From positions 40,525 through 104,524 of the forward strand of contig NZ_JAHCAQ010000011.1 in the NCBI RefSeq assembly GCF_019634845.1: 64,000 nucleotides of DNA, given 5' to 3'. Shown here in pieces: positions 8,525-16,621 of this stretch. Position numbers and translations under genes: made by a program. The stretch comes from Dokdonella sp. Its GTDB lineage: Bacteria > Pseudomonadota > Gammaproteobacteria > Xanthomonadales > Rhodanobacteraceae. Every line of letters begins with the position of its first letter. Within the stretch, counting starts at the first letter, position 1. The notes under the pieces are model-generated. The model was not told the origin of the DNA. It did not search any database and saw nothing but the letters and a program-made list of their open reading frames with translations.

Positions 8525-11155
8525 TCAGATGATCACCTCCATGGCCGGTTCGCGCAGATTGTAGTGCGAGGCCATCACCGCGCCGTAGGCACCGGCCTGC
8601 GCGATCAGGATGACGTCCCCTTCACGACATTCGGGCAGGCGGCGATTGGCGCCAAGCACGTCGCCGCTCTCGCAGATCGGCCCGACGACCTGCACCATGT
8701 GCGCGGGCGCTGCGTCGAGTCGGCTGAGGTTGACGATCTCATGCCAGGCGTCATACAGCGCCGGGCGCAGCAGCGAGTTCATGCCGGTGTCGACGCCGAC
8801 GTAGTGCACGCGCCCCTTGCGCTTGGTCTGGGTCACGCGGGCGAGCAGCACGCCGGCGTCGGCGACCAGATAGCGGCCCGGCTCCATCCAGAGCTGGAAC
8901 TGCGGATAGGCCTGCTTGACCTCGGCCAGCACGCCCGCCAGCGCGGCCAGGTCGAGCGCGCGCTCGTCGCTGCGCGCCGGCACGCCCAGCCCGCCACCGA
9001 TGTCGATCGATTCGATGCGGCTGAACCCTTCGGCCAGGCTCGCCAGTTGCGCGTAGACCGAGCGCCAATGGCTGGCGTCGAGGATGCCCGAACCCAGGTG
9101 TGCATGCAGGCCGACGATGCGCGCGCCACAGCCGCGGGCGAGCGCCCGGAACTCATCGACCTGATCGAGCGCGACACCGAACTTGGACGTCGCGCCGCCG
9201 GTCTTGACCTTGTCGTGGTGGCCGCGCCCGACGCCCAGATCCACGCGCAGGTGGACCGCCTGGCCGGCGAACGCCTCGCCCCAATGCTGCAACGGATGCA
9301 GCGCGTCGAGCGTGACACGCACGCCGAGCGCGAGCGCCGCGACATACTCGCTGCGCGGCGCGAAGTTGGGCGTGAACAGGATCCGCTCGGCGGGCAGCTG
9401 CGGCAGCGCGGCGCGCACGGCGTCGATCTCGGCCAGCGACACGCATTCGAAGGCGAAGCCCTGTCCGTGCAGCTCGCGCAGGATCGCCGGATGCGGATTG
9501 GCCTTGAGCGCGTAGTGCCAGCGATCGACGAGCGCGGTCGTGGCCGGCGCCGGCGCGCGCAACTGCATCAGCGCCCGAGCGTTGGCGCGCACCGCATCGA
9601 GTGCGTAGACGTAGCGCGGCGAACGCTGCGCCGCCAGTTCGAGCAGGTCGGCGCGCGCGGCGCGCCACCAGGTCGGCGCCGGCGGCGATGGCGTGCCGGC
9701 CTCGAGTTCGCGCCAGCTCGGCCCGAACACGGCGCCATCCTCGGCGCGCAGCGCATCGGCACGGATCAGCAGCGCATGCAGGCGTGGAATCAGCTCGTCG
9801 GCCAGCGCCTCGTCGATGACGAAAGTGAGGTTGAGGTTGTTGGACGACTGGCTGATCAGGTGCACGTCGAGCGCACCGAACTCGGCCAGCACGCCCGACA
9901 GCCGCTGCAGCAGTGCGCGCATGCCGCGACCGACCAGCGTGATCGCGGCGCACGGCGCCAGCACCTTGACCCGGCACACCTTGGCCAGATCGGCCGCCAG
10001 CGCCGACAGCACGTCTGAATTGACGAGATTCTCGCTCGGGTCGAGCGACACGGTGACATTGGTCTCGGCCGAACCGATCAGGTCGACCGACAGGCCGTGC
10101 TGCTTGAACGCGGTGAACACGTCGGCGAGGAAGCCGACCTGTTGCCACATGCCGACCGTTTCCATCGAGATCAGCGTGACGCCCTTGCGCGCGCTGATCG
10201 CCTTGACGCACGGCGCCGCGTCGCTGCCGATCGCGCGGATCTCGGTACCGGGGAACCCGGGACGATTGGTGTCCTTGATGACGAGCGGCACGTCGGCGCG
10301 GCGCAGCGGGCCGAGCGACCGCGGATGCAGCACCTTGGCGCCGGTGGTGGCGATCTCCTGCGCCTCCTGATAATCCAGCCGTGCCAACAGGCGCGCTTCG
10401 GGCACCAGGCGCGGATTGGCGCTGAACATGCCGGGCACGTCGGTCCAGATCTCGACGCACTGCGCGCGCAGCATCGCGCCGAAGCATCCGGCCGAGGTAT
10501 CCGAACCGCCGCGCCCGAGCAGCACGGTGCGGCCTTCGCCGTCGCGTGCGATGAAACCTTGGGTGATGAACACCTCCCCGCGCGCCGCCAGCGCGGCCTC
10601 GAACGCGGCGTCGGGCACGGCCGGCACCGTCGCCGACAAGGTGCGGCTCCAGGCGCCCTGGTTGGGCAGCGGCTGTGCGAGCAGGTGCTCGCGCGCGTCG
10701 AGCCATTGCGTGTCCGGCAGCCCCTGGGTCGCGAGGAACGCCGCACCGAGCGCGCTCGACATCAGCTCGCCGAGCGCGAACACCTGCGCCTGCCATTCGA
10801 GCGCGCGGCTGGCGCGGCGCGTGTCGGCGACGAGCCGCTCCATCTCGGCCAGTCGCGGCGCCAGCACCTGCGGATCGGCCAGCTGCATGTCGGCCACGAG
10901 CGCCGCATGGCGGCGCACGATCTCGGCCTGCGCAGCGCGCGCCGCGGCTTCGTCGTCAGCGCTGTCGGCGATGCGCTTGAGCAGGTCGGTCACGCCCGAC
11001 AGCGCCGAGACGACGATCAGCACGCGCTGTCCGCGCGCGCGGTGCGCGGCGGCGATGCGGGCGATGTTCTCCCAGCGCGAACGCGTGGATACGCTGGTGC
11101 CGCCGAACTTGGCGACGACCCAGGGCCTGTGCGCAGCAGGCGTGACGGCGTTCAA
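8525..11155 (-). CDS. lysAC: Bifunctional aspartate kinase / diaminopimelate decarboxylase
   Basis: N-terminal KFGGTSV, LGRGGSD, ACT domains; C-terminal YALKAN (PLP lysine), HAHLGSG, DIGGG, EPGR, GPICESGD, GAYG. TTG start. Confidence 0.96.
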   Translation of the reverse strand: MNAVTPAAHRPWVVAKFGGTSVSTRSRWENIARIAAAHRARGQRVLIVVSALSGVTDLLKRIADSADDEAAARAAQAEIVRRHAALVADMQLADPQVLAPRLAEMERLVADTRRASRALEWQAQVFALGELMSSALGAAFLATQGLPDTQWLDAREHLLAQPLPNQGAWSRTLSATVPAVPDAAFEAALAARGEVFITQGFIARDGEGRTVLLGRGGSDTSAGCFGAMLRAQCVEIWTDVPGMFSANPRLVPEARLLARLDYQEAQEIATTGAKVLHPRSLGPLRRADVPLVIKDTNRPGFPGTEIRAIGSDAAPCVKAISARKGVTLISMETVGMWQQVGFLADVFTAFKQHGLSVDLIGSAETNVTVSLDPSENLVNSDVLSALAADLAKVCRVKVLAPCAAITLVGRGMRALLQRLSGVLAEFGALDVHLISQSSNNLNLTFVIDEALADELIPRLHALLIRADALRAEDGAVFGPSWRELEAGTPSPPAPTWWRAARADLLELAAQRSPRYVYALDAVRANARALMQLRAPAPATTALVDRWHYALKANPHPAILRELHGQGFAFECVSLAEIDAVRAALPQLPAERILFTPNFAPRSEYVAALALGVRVTLDALHPLQHWGEAFAGQAVHLRVDLGVGRGHHDKVKTGGATSKFGVALDQVDEFRALARGCGARIVGLHAHLGSGILDASHWRSVYAQLASLAEGFSRIESIDIGGGLGVPARSDERALDLAALAGVLAEVKQAYPQFQLWMEPGRYLVADAGVLLARVTQTKRKGRVHYVGVDTGMNSLLRPALYDAWHEIVNLSRLDAAPAHMVQVVGPICESGDVLGANRRLPECREGDVILIAQAGAYGAVMASHYNLREPAMEVII

Positions 11156-11311
11156 GCGTGGCTATTCCGCAGCGGAGGTGGCGCGGCATTTTTTCGTGCA
11201 GCGCAACAGAACGCAACCGCTGCGCTTATGCCGACCTGGCATGGTGGCAGAAGCGGCCTGCCGCGCGCGCCTCCCCTCGCCGCGGTTGGGGCGCGATGCG
11301 ACAATGCGCCG

Positions 11312-11842
11312 ATGCCCAGACCCACCGACCCCGCTGCCAGCCCGCCGACGCCGCCCGCCGCCACGCCGCGACCACCGGCGCCACTGCCGATCACGATCAA
11401 TGGCAAGTTCTACGACCACGACGGCGACCCGGCGATGCCCCTGCTGTGGTTCCTGCGCGACCGGCTGCGCCTGACCGGCACCAAATACGGCTGTGACGGC
11501 GGCGAATGCGGCGCCTGCAGCGTGCTCGTCGATGACAAGCTGGTCCGCGCCTGCACGCTGCCGATGGCTGCCGCGAGCGGCCACCGCGTCACCACGATCG
11601 AAGGCCTCGCCGGCGACGATCTGCATCCGCTGCAGCAGGCCTGGATCGAGTCCGACGCGATCCAGTGCGGCTATTGCCAGAGCGGGCAGATCCTCGCCGC
11701 CGTCGACCTGCTGCGGCGCAAGCCACGCCCGGGCGAAGACGACCTCGCCGCGATCGCCAACCTGTGCCGATGCGGCAGCCAGCCGCAACTGCGCCGCGCG
11801 ATCGCGCGCGCCGCCGCGATCCTGCGCGGTGAGCGCAAATGA
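11312..11842 (+). CDS. (2Fe-2S)-binding subunit, IorA/CoxS family
   Basis: LTGTKYGCDGGECGACSV, RAC, QCGYCQSGQ, NLCRCG; ATGA overlap with the next gene. Confidence 0.93.
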   Translation: MPRPTDPAASPPTPPAATPRPPAPLPITINGKFYDHDGDPAMPLLWFLRDRLRLTGTKYGCDGGECGACSVLVDDKLVRACTLPMAAASGHRVTTIEGLAGDDLHPLQQAWIESDAIQCGYCQSGQILAAVDLLRRKPRPGEDDLAAIANLCRCGSQPQLRRAIARAAAILRGERK

Positions 11843-14040
11843 GCGCGCCCGCGAGCCCCGCGCGGCGCCACTTCCTCGCCATCAGCCTCACCGCCGCCGG
11901 CGCGCTGCTGATCGCGCCGCGCCTGCGCGCGGCCCCGACGCCGAACGTGCCGCCCGAGCTTCTCGGCGAGGACCTGACGGCGCTGGGTCCGTTCCTGCGC
12001 ATCGAGCGCGGCAACCGCATCGTCATCGGCGCGCCGGCCTGCGAAGTGGGCCAGGGCGTGTTCACCGAGCTGCCGATGCTCATCGCCGCCGAACTCGACG
12101 TCGACTGGACCCAGGTGCGCGTCGTGCAGCTGCCGTATGGCTACGTTGCCAGTGATGGCGATGGCGCCGCGACGCTGTACGGCAACCAGGGCCCCGGCGC
12201 CGTCGACGCCGCTGCCCAGCGGCACCTGCGCGAGGCCGGCGCGACCGCGCGCTGGCTGCTGCTGCAGGCCGCCGCGCAGGAATGGAACCTGCCGCTCGAA
12301 CAACTGCGCACGCAGGCCGGCCAGGTGCTGGCGCCTGATGGCCGCAGTCTCGGCTATGGCGCGCTGGTCCGCAGCGCCGCGGCGTTGACGCCGCCGGCCC
12401 AGGTGCCGCTCAGGGATACCGCGGCCGGCACGCTCGTCGGCCACCCCACGCGCACCGCCGACGCACGCGAAATCGTGACCGGCGCGCGCCGGTTCGGGCT
12501 CGACAGCTACGGCGCCGATGCGGTGGTGGCGGTGCTCGCGCGCTGCCCGTGGATCGGCGGCACGTTGACCCACTTCGACGACGCCGCGGCGCGCAAGGTC
12601 GCCGGCGTGGTCGAAGTGGTCGAACTGCCGGCCTCGACCGACGTGGTGCTGGCGCCGAGCGTGGCCGTGCTCGCCACCCACAGCTGGGCGGCGCTGCAGG
12701 GCCGCCAGGCGCTCAAGCTCGACTGGCAGGCGCCGGCGGGCCCACTCGAATCGAGCGCCGCGCTCGCCGCCAGCGCACAGGCCGCACTCGATGCGGGCAG
12801 CGGCGGCAACATCGTGCGCAGCGACGGCGATGCCGCCAGTCTGCGCAAGCGGCCGGCGCGCCACCGCATCGAAGCGCGCTACGAGTTGCCGTTCCTTGCC
12901 CATGCGCCGATGGAACCGCTCAACGCCCTCATCGAGCTCAAGCAGGATGCGGCGCGGCTGGTCGCCGCGGTGCAGGATCCCGACGCCGCCTCGCGCCTCA
13001 TCGCGCGCCTCACGGGCCTGCCGCGCGGCGACATCGCGATCGAGCTGCCACGCGGCGGCGGCAGCTTCGGGCGGCGCCTCGACAACGACGCGGTGGCCGA
13101 AGCGGTGCTGCTGGCCAAGACGGTCGGCAAACCGGTCAAGCTCATGTGGACACGCAGTGACGACCTGCAGCACGACCGCTATCGTCCCTACGGCATGCAT
13201 CGCCTGGCCGCCTCGCTCGACGACCACAAGCGCATCACGGCATGGACCCACCATTGCGCCGCGACGGTGCTCGACGCGGCCAAGCCCAACGCCGGCCTGC
13301 TCGAGGCGGACGCCTTCCCGGCCGGCCACGTCGCCCATCTCGAACAGGTGTTCCACCCGCTCACCACGCGCCAGCCACTCGTGGGCGGCCCCTGGCTGGC
13401 CGCGTTCCGGGCGTTCCCGGTCGAGTGCTTCATCGACGAACTGGCCGTGGTGTCGCGGCAGGATGCGGTCAAGCTGCGCCTGGCCATGCTCGAGGATCCG
13501 AAGGCGCCCGCGGTCACCGGCGGCGTCGCCAACGCACGGCTCGCACACGTGCTGCGTGAATGTGCTGCGCGCATCGACTGGGGCAAGTCGCGCGACGACG
13601 GGCATGGCCTGGGCATCGCCTGCCACGCCGTGGCCGGCGGCTGCTTTGCGCATGCGTTCGAGATTTCGGTCGACAAGGGCCAGTTGCAGATCCATCGCGC
13701 CGTATGCGTGGCCGACATCGGCCGCGTCATCAACCCGCTCAATGCCGAGCAACAGGTCGCCGGCGCCTGCCTCGATGGCGTCGCGGCGACACTGCAGCAG
13801 GCGATCACGCTCAAGGACGGGCGCGTGCAGCAGCACAGCCTCACCGACTATCCGCTGCTGCGCATGGGCCTGTCGCCGCGCACGACCCAGGTGCAGATCA
13901 TCGACTCCAGCGCCGACCCGATCGACCCGGCCTGGGCGCTCGCCAGTGCCGGTGCGGCGTTGGCCAACGCGGTCTACGCGGCGACCACGGTGCGCGTGCG
14001 CAAACTGCCGCTGCTGCCCGAACTCATGCGCATGCTGTGA
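11839..14040 (+). CDS. IorB-like molybdopterin-binding subunit (xanthine oxidase family), Tat-exported, with divergent active-site motifs
   Basis: Tat signal ARRHFL; EVGQG; LAHAPMEP; GGSFGRR; WTRSDD; FIDELA; ANAVYAAT..R.R.LP. Confidence 0.88.
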   Translation: MSAPASPARRHFLAISLTAAGALLIAPRLRAAPTPNVPPELLGEDLTALGPFLRIERGNRIVIGAPACEVGQGVFTELPMLIAAELDVDWTQVRVVQLPYGYVASDGDGAATLYGNQGPGAVDAAAQRHLREAGATARWLLLQAAAQEWNLPLEQLRTQAGQVLAPDGRSLGYGALVRSAAALTPPAQVPLRDTAAGTLVGHPTRTADAREIVTGARRFGLDSYGADAVVAVLARCPWIGGTLTHFDDAAARKVAGVVEVVELPASTDVVLAPSVAVLATHSWAALQGRQALKLDWQAPAGPLESSAALAASAQAALDAGSGGNIVRSDGDAASLRKRPARHRIEARYELPFLAHAPMEPLNALIELKQDAARLVAAVQDPDAASRLIARLTGLPRGDIAIELPRGGGSFGRRLDNDAVAEAVLLAKTVGKPVKLMWTRSDDLQHDRYRPYGMHRLAASLDDHKRITAWTHHCAATVLDAAKPNAGLLEADAFPAGHVAHLEQVFHPLTTRQPLVGGPWLAAFRAFPVECFIDELAVVSRQDAVKLRLAMLEDPKAPAVTGGVANARLAHVLRECAARIDWGKSRDDGHGLGIACHAVAGGCFAHAFEISVDKGQLQIHRAVCVADIGRVINPLNAEQQVAGACLDGVAATLQQAITLKDGRVQQHSLTDYPLLRMGLSPRTTQVQIIDSSADPIDPAWALASAGAALANAVYAATTVRVRKLPLLPELMRML

Positions 14041-14083
14041 GCGGCTGCAGCCGCCGCGCCCGCTGACCGGATCGGGGGCCGCC

Positions 14084-15496
14084 TCACAGCGCGGCGAGCA
14101 CGATCGCCGCCGCCAAGCCGAACGCGAGCAGGCTCGGCCAGTCGGTCAGCGCGAACACCAGCGGATCGTCATGCATGCGCCCGCGCGCGGCCAGCCGCCA
14201 CAACCGCGCGAGCCACAGCGCAAGCAGGCCCACCAGCCACCACAGATGCTGTGGCTGCGCGTACAGCGCGGCGCTCTTGGTGCTGTCCACATACAGGGCG
14301 AGCACGCCGACCGCGGCGATGCCGGCGGCGATGCCGCAGCCGCGCAGCAGCCGCCGGTGCTGCGGGCGGTAGCCGCGCCCGGCCAGGCCAGCGCCGGCTG
14401 CCACGCGCACGAACTCGATCTCGCGCTTGAGCAGGGCCAGGCCGAGGAACAGGCACAGCGCGAACGCGAGCAGCCAACCCGACACCGCGACCGGGATCGC
14501 TGCGCCGCCGGCGACGATGCGCAGCGTGTACAGCGCGGCCAGCGCCAGCACGTCGAGTGCAGGCAAGCGCTTCAACCACAGTGAATAGGCCAGCGTCAGC
14601 GTGGCATAGGCGAGCAGCACCGGCAGGAACCGGGCCGGCAGCAACGCCGCACAGGCGAACGCCGCCAGCGTGAGCGCCGGCACCACGGCCAGTCCGGCGA
14701 GCAGCGACAGCCGACCGGCCGCGAACGGTCGCAGGCACTTGCGCGGATGCCGGCGGTCGGCGTCGAGGTCGAGCAAGTCGTTGAGCACGTACGCAGCCGA
14801 CGCGCACAGGCAGAACGCCGCGCCCGCGAGCAGCGCATGGGCGACCACGGCTGCCTCGACGCGATGCGCGGCCAGCGGCGCGACGAACACGAGCAGGTTC
14901 TTGGCCCACTGGTGCGGACGCAGTGCCCGCAGCAGCTCGATCCACGGCTTGCCCTCGCGCGCGAACACGCGCTCGACGCGCCCCTGCGCCTGCGCCGCGC
15001 GCAGCACGCGCGGCGGCGCGTTGACGACGATGGCGCGGCGCGCCTGCGCCCACACCACGAGGTCGGCCCGCGCGTTGCCGGCGTAGTCGTAGCCGAGCGC
15101 GCCGTGCCGCGCCACCAGCGCGGCGGCCTTGCGCGAGCCGGCGAGATTGCTGTGGCCATCGCTGGCGACGACCGCGGCAAATCCGCCCAGATGCGCGGCC
15201 ACGGCATTGGCCAGCCCGGCATCGGAGGCGGTGCACAGCAGCAGCGGCCGCCCCTGCTGCGTGCGCAGCCAGGCGAGCAGGCGCCTGTCGTAGGGCAGGC
15301 GCGTGACATCGAGCTGCACGCGCCGCGCCACTTCGCGCTTGAATGCGGCCAGGCCACGGCGCAGCCACCACGGCAGCAGCAGCAGGTAGAGCGGATTGCG
15401 CCGGATCAGCGCCAGCACCGATTCCACGCCCAGATCGGTCAGGACCAGGGTGCCATCCATGTCCACACACAGTGGAACCTGCCCGCTCGAACTCAT
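14084..15496 (-). CDS. UbiA-family prenyltransferase with N-terminal HAD-like domain (decaprenyl-phosphate phosphoribosyltransferase-like)
   Basis: PLCVDMDGTL HAD motif; LRPHQWAKNLLVF; YVLNDLLDLDADRRHPRK.RP; YSLWLKR; GRMHDDP. Confidence 0.92.
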   Translation of the reverse strand: MSSSGQVPLCVDMDGTLVLTDLGVESVLALIRRNPLYLLLLPWWLRRGLAAFKREVARRVQLDVTRLPYDRRLLAWLRTQQGRPLLLCTASDAGLANAVAAHLGGFAAVVASDGHSNLAGSRKAAALVARHGALGYDYAGNARADLVVWAQARRAIVVNAPPRVLRAAQAQGRVERVFAREGKPWIELLRALRPHQWAKNLLVFVAPLAAHRVEAAVVAHALLAGAAFCLCASAAYVLNDLLDLDADRRHPRKCLRPFAAGRLSLLAGLAVVPALTLAAFACAALLPARFLPVLLAYATLTLAYSLWLKRLPALDVLALAALYTLRIVAGGAAIPVAVSGWLLAFALCLFLGLALLKREIEFVRVAAGAGLAGRGYRPQHRRLLRGCGIAAGIAAVGVLALYVDSTKSAALYAQPQHLWWLVGLLALWLARLWRLAARGRMHDDPLVFALTDWPSLLAFGLAAAIVLAAL

Positions 15497-15583
15497 GCGC
15501 CCATGCATCGATCGCGCCGCATGGCGCCGCGCAAGCATGGGGGAAGTGCCGGCGCTGCGGCAACCATCACGCGGGCGCTGGCG

Positions 15584-16351
15584 CTACGACGCCGGTTCGC
15601 AGCCGCCCGACTCGGCGCGCCGGCGCGCGCGATGCTCGATCGCCTGCGGATCGGCCAGGCCGATCCAGCTGAGGTACTTGCGCGCCACTTTGTCGCCGAC
15701 GCTCTCGTCGCGCGCGAACGCACCGGCAAAGCGCGTCTTGCGGCAATCGAGCGGGTTGCCACGCTCCTCGATGCGCGCCCAGTGCTGCTGCGCGGCCTCG
15801 CGCGCGGTCTTCGGCGCCGGCTCGGCCGGTGCCTTCAGCGGCGCCTGGCCATCGCCGAGGCGCACGCTGCCGTCGGCGTTGAACAACCGCAGTGGCGCAG
15901 CGGCGCCGGCGCCGAGCCGCGCGCGCATCGCGTCGCTCGGCTCCTCGGCATGGGCGGGCGGCGGGTTCTGCCGCACCTGCGGCGGCGCGATCGCGACGCG
16001 GCTGGGGCGCACCACGAGCGCCGGTTCGGGTTCGGGCGGCGCCGCTGCCGGCTCGCTCACGGACTCGATGAGCTGCACCGTGATGACCTGCGGCGCGGTG
16101 GCGCGGCGCCAGTGCGCGCTGCGATAGGAGTGCATGCCGAGCACGAAGCCTGCCAATTCGACCACGGTGAAGGCGAAGGCGAGGACCAGCCCGAGCCAGA
16201 ACACGCGCCGCTCGCGGACGGGTCGCTCCCAGCGCAGGCTGCGCTGCCACGGCAACGCGTCGCTGGCCAGCCGCAGCGAACCGGGCGCATGCAGCAGGAC
16301 CTCGTCGCAGGCGGCAGGTGCTGCATGGGCAGGTCGCTCGCTGTCGGCCAA
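15584..16351 (-). CDS. Hypothetical single-pass membrane protein with Pro-rich linker
   Basis: One TM (VFWLGLVLAFAFTVVELAGFVLG), EPAAAPPEPEP linker, and a C-terminal region with two Cys. Start uncertain. Confidence 0.7.
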   Translation of the reverse strand: MADSERPAHAAPAACDEVLLHAPGSLRLASDALPWQRSLRWERPVRERRVFWLGLVLAFAFTVVELAGFVLGMHSYRSAHWRRATAPQVITVQLIESVSEPAAAPPEPEPALVVRPSRVAIAPPQVRQNPPPAHAEEPSDAMRARLGAGAAAPLRLFNADGSVRLGDGQAPLKAPAEPAPKTAREAAQQHWARIEERGNPLDCRKTRFAGAFARDESVGDKVARKYLSWIGLADPQAIEHRARRRAESGGCEPAS

Positions 16352-16621
16352 GTGGACACCGTGGTCGCAAAGCGCCGCAGCTTACCGGGCGGCCGCTAAA
16401 GCGAGGTTAAACCCGCTCCGCCGGGGGGGGGGGCGGCGGCGGCCCCACGCGGCGCCTTCACGCATTGCACCTTGACCCTGGTCGGGCAAACGGATGAGGC
16501 TATGGCGTCGTCGCATCGACGATGCGGCGCATCCCGCCATGACCGCCAGCCTCGCACGCCCGCGCGGGCACAGCGAAGCGGTCGCCGTGACGGTCGCACC
16601 GATTGCAACCGGAGGTCGACC

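Noticed and set aside
8103..8525. 140-aa minus-strand ORF and the N-terminal extension of murL
   Set aside because: Low-complexity Arg/Cys/Ala sequence. The PSRLWGGGRVRG and PSPQPSPRRG stretches are just translations of the REP-like palindromes, and no DUF559 motifs are present.
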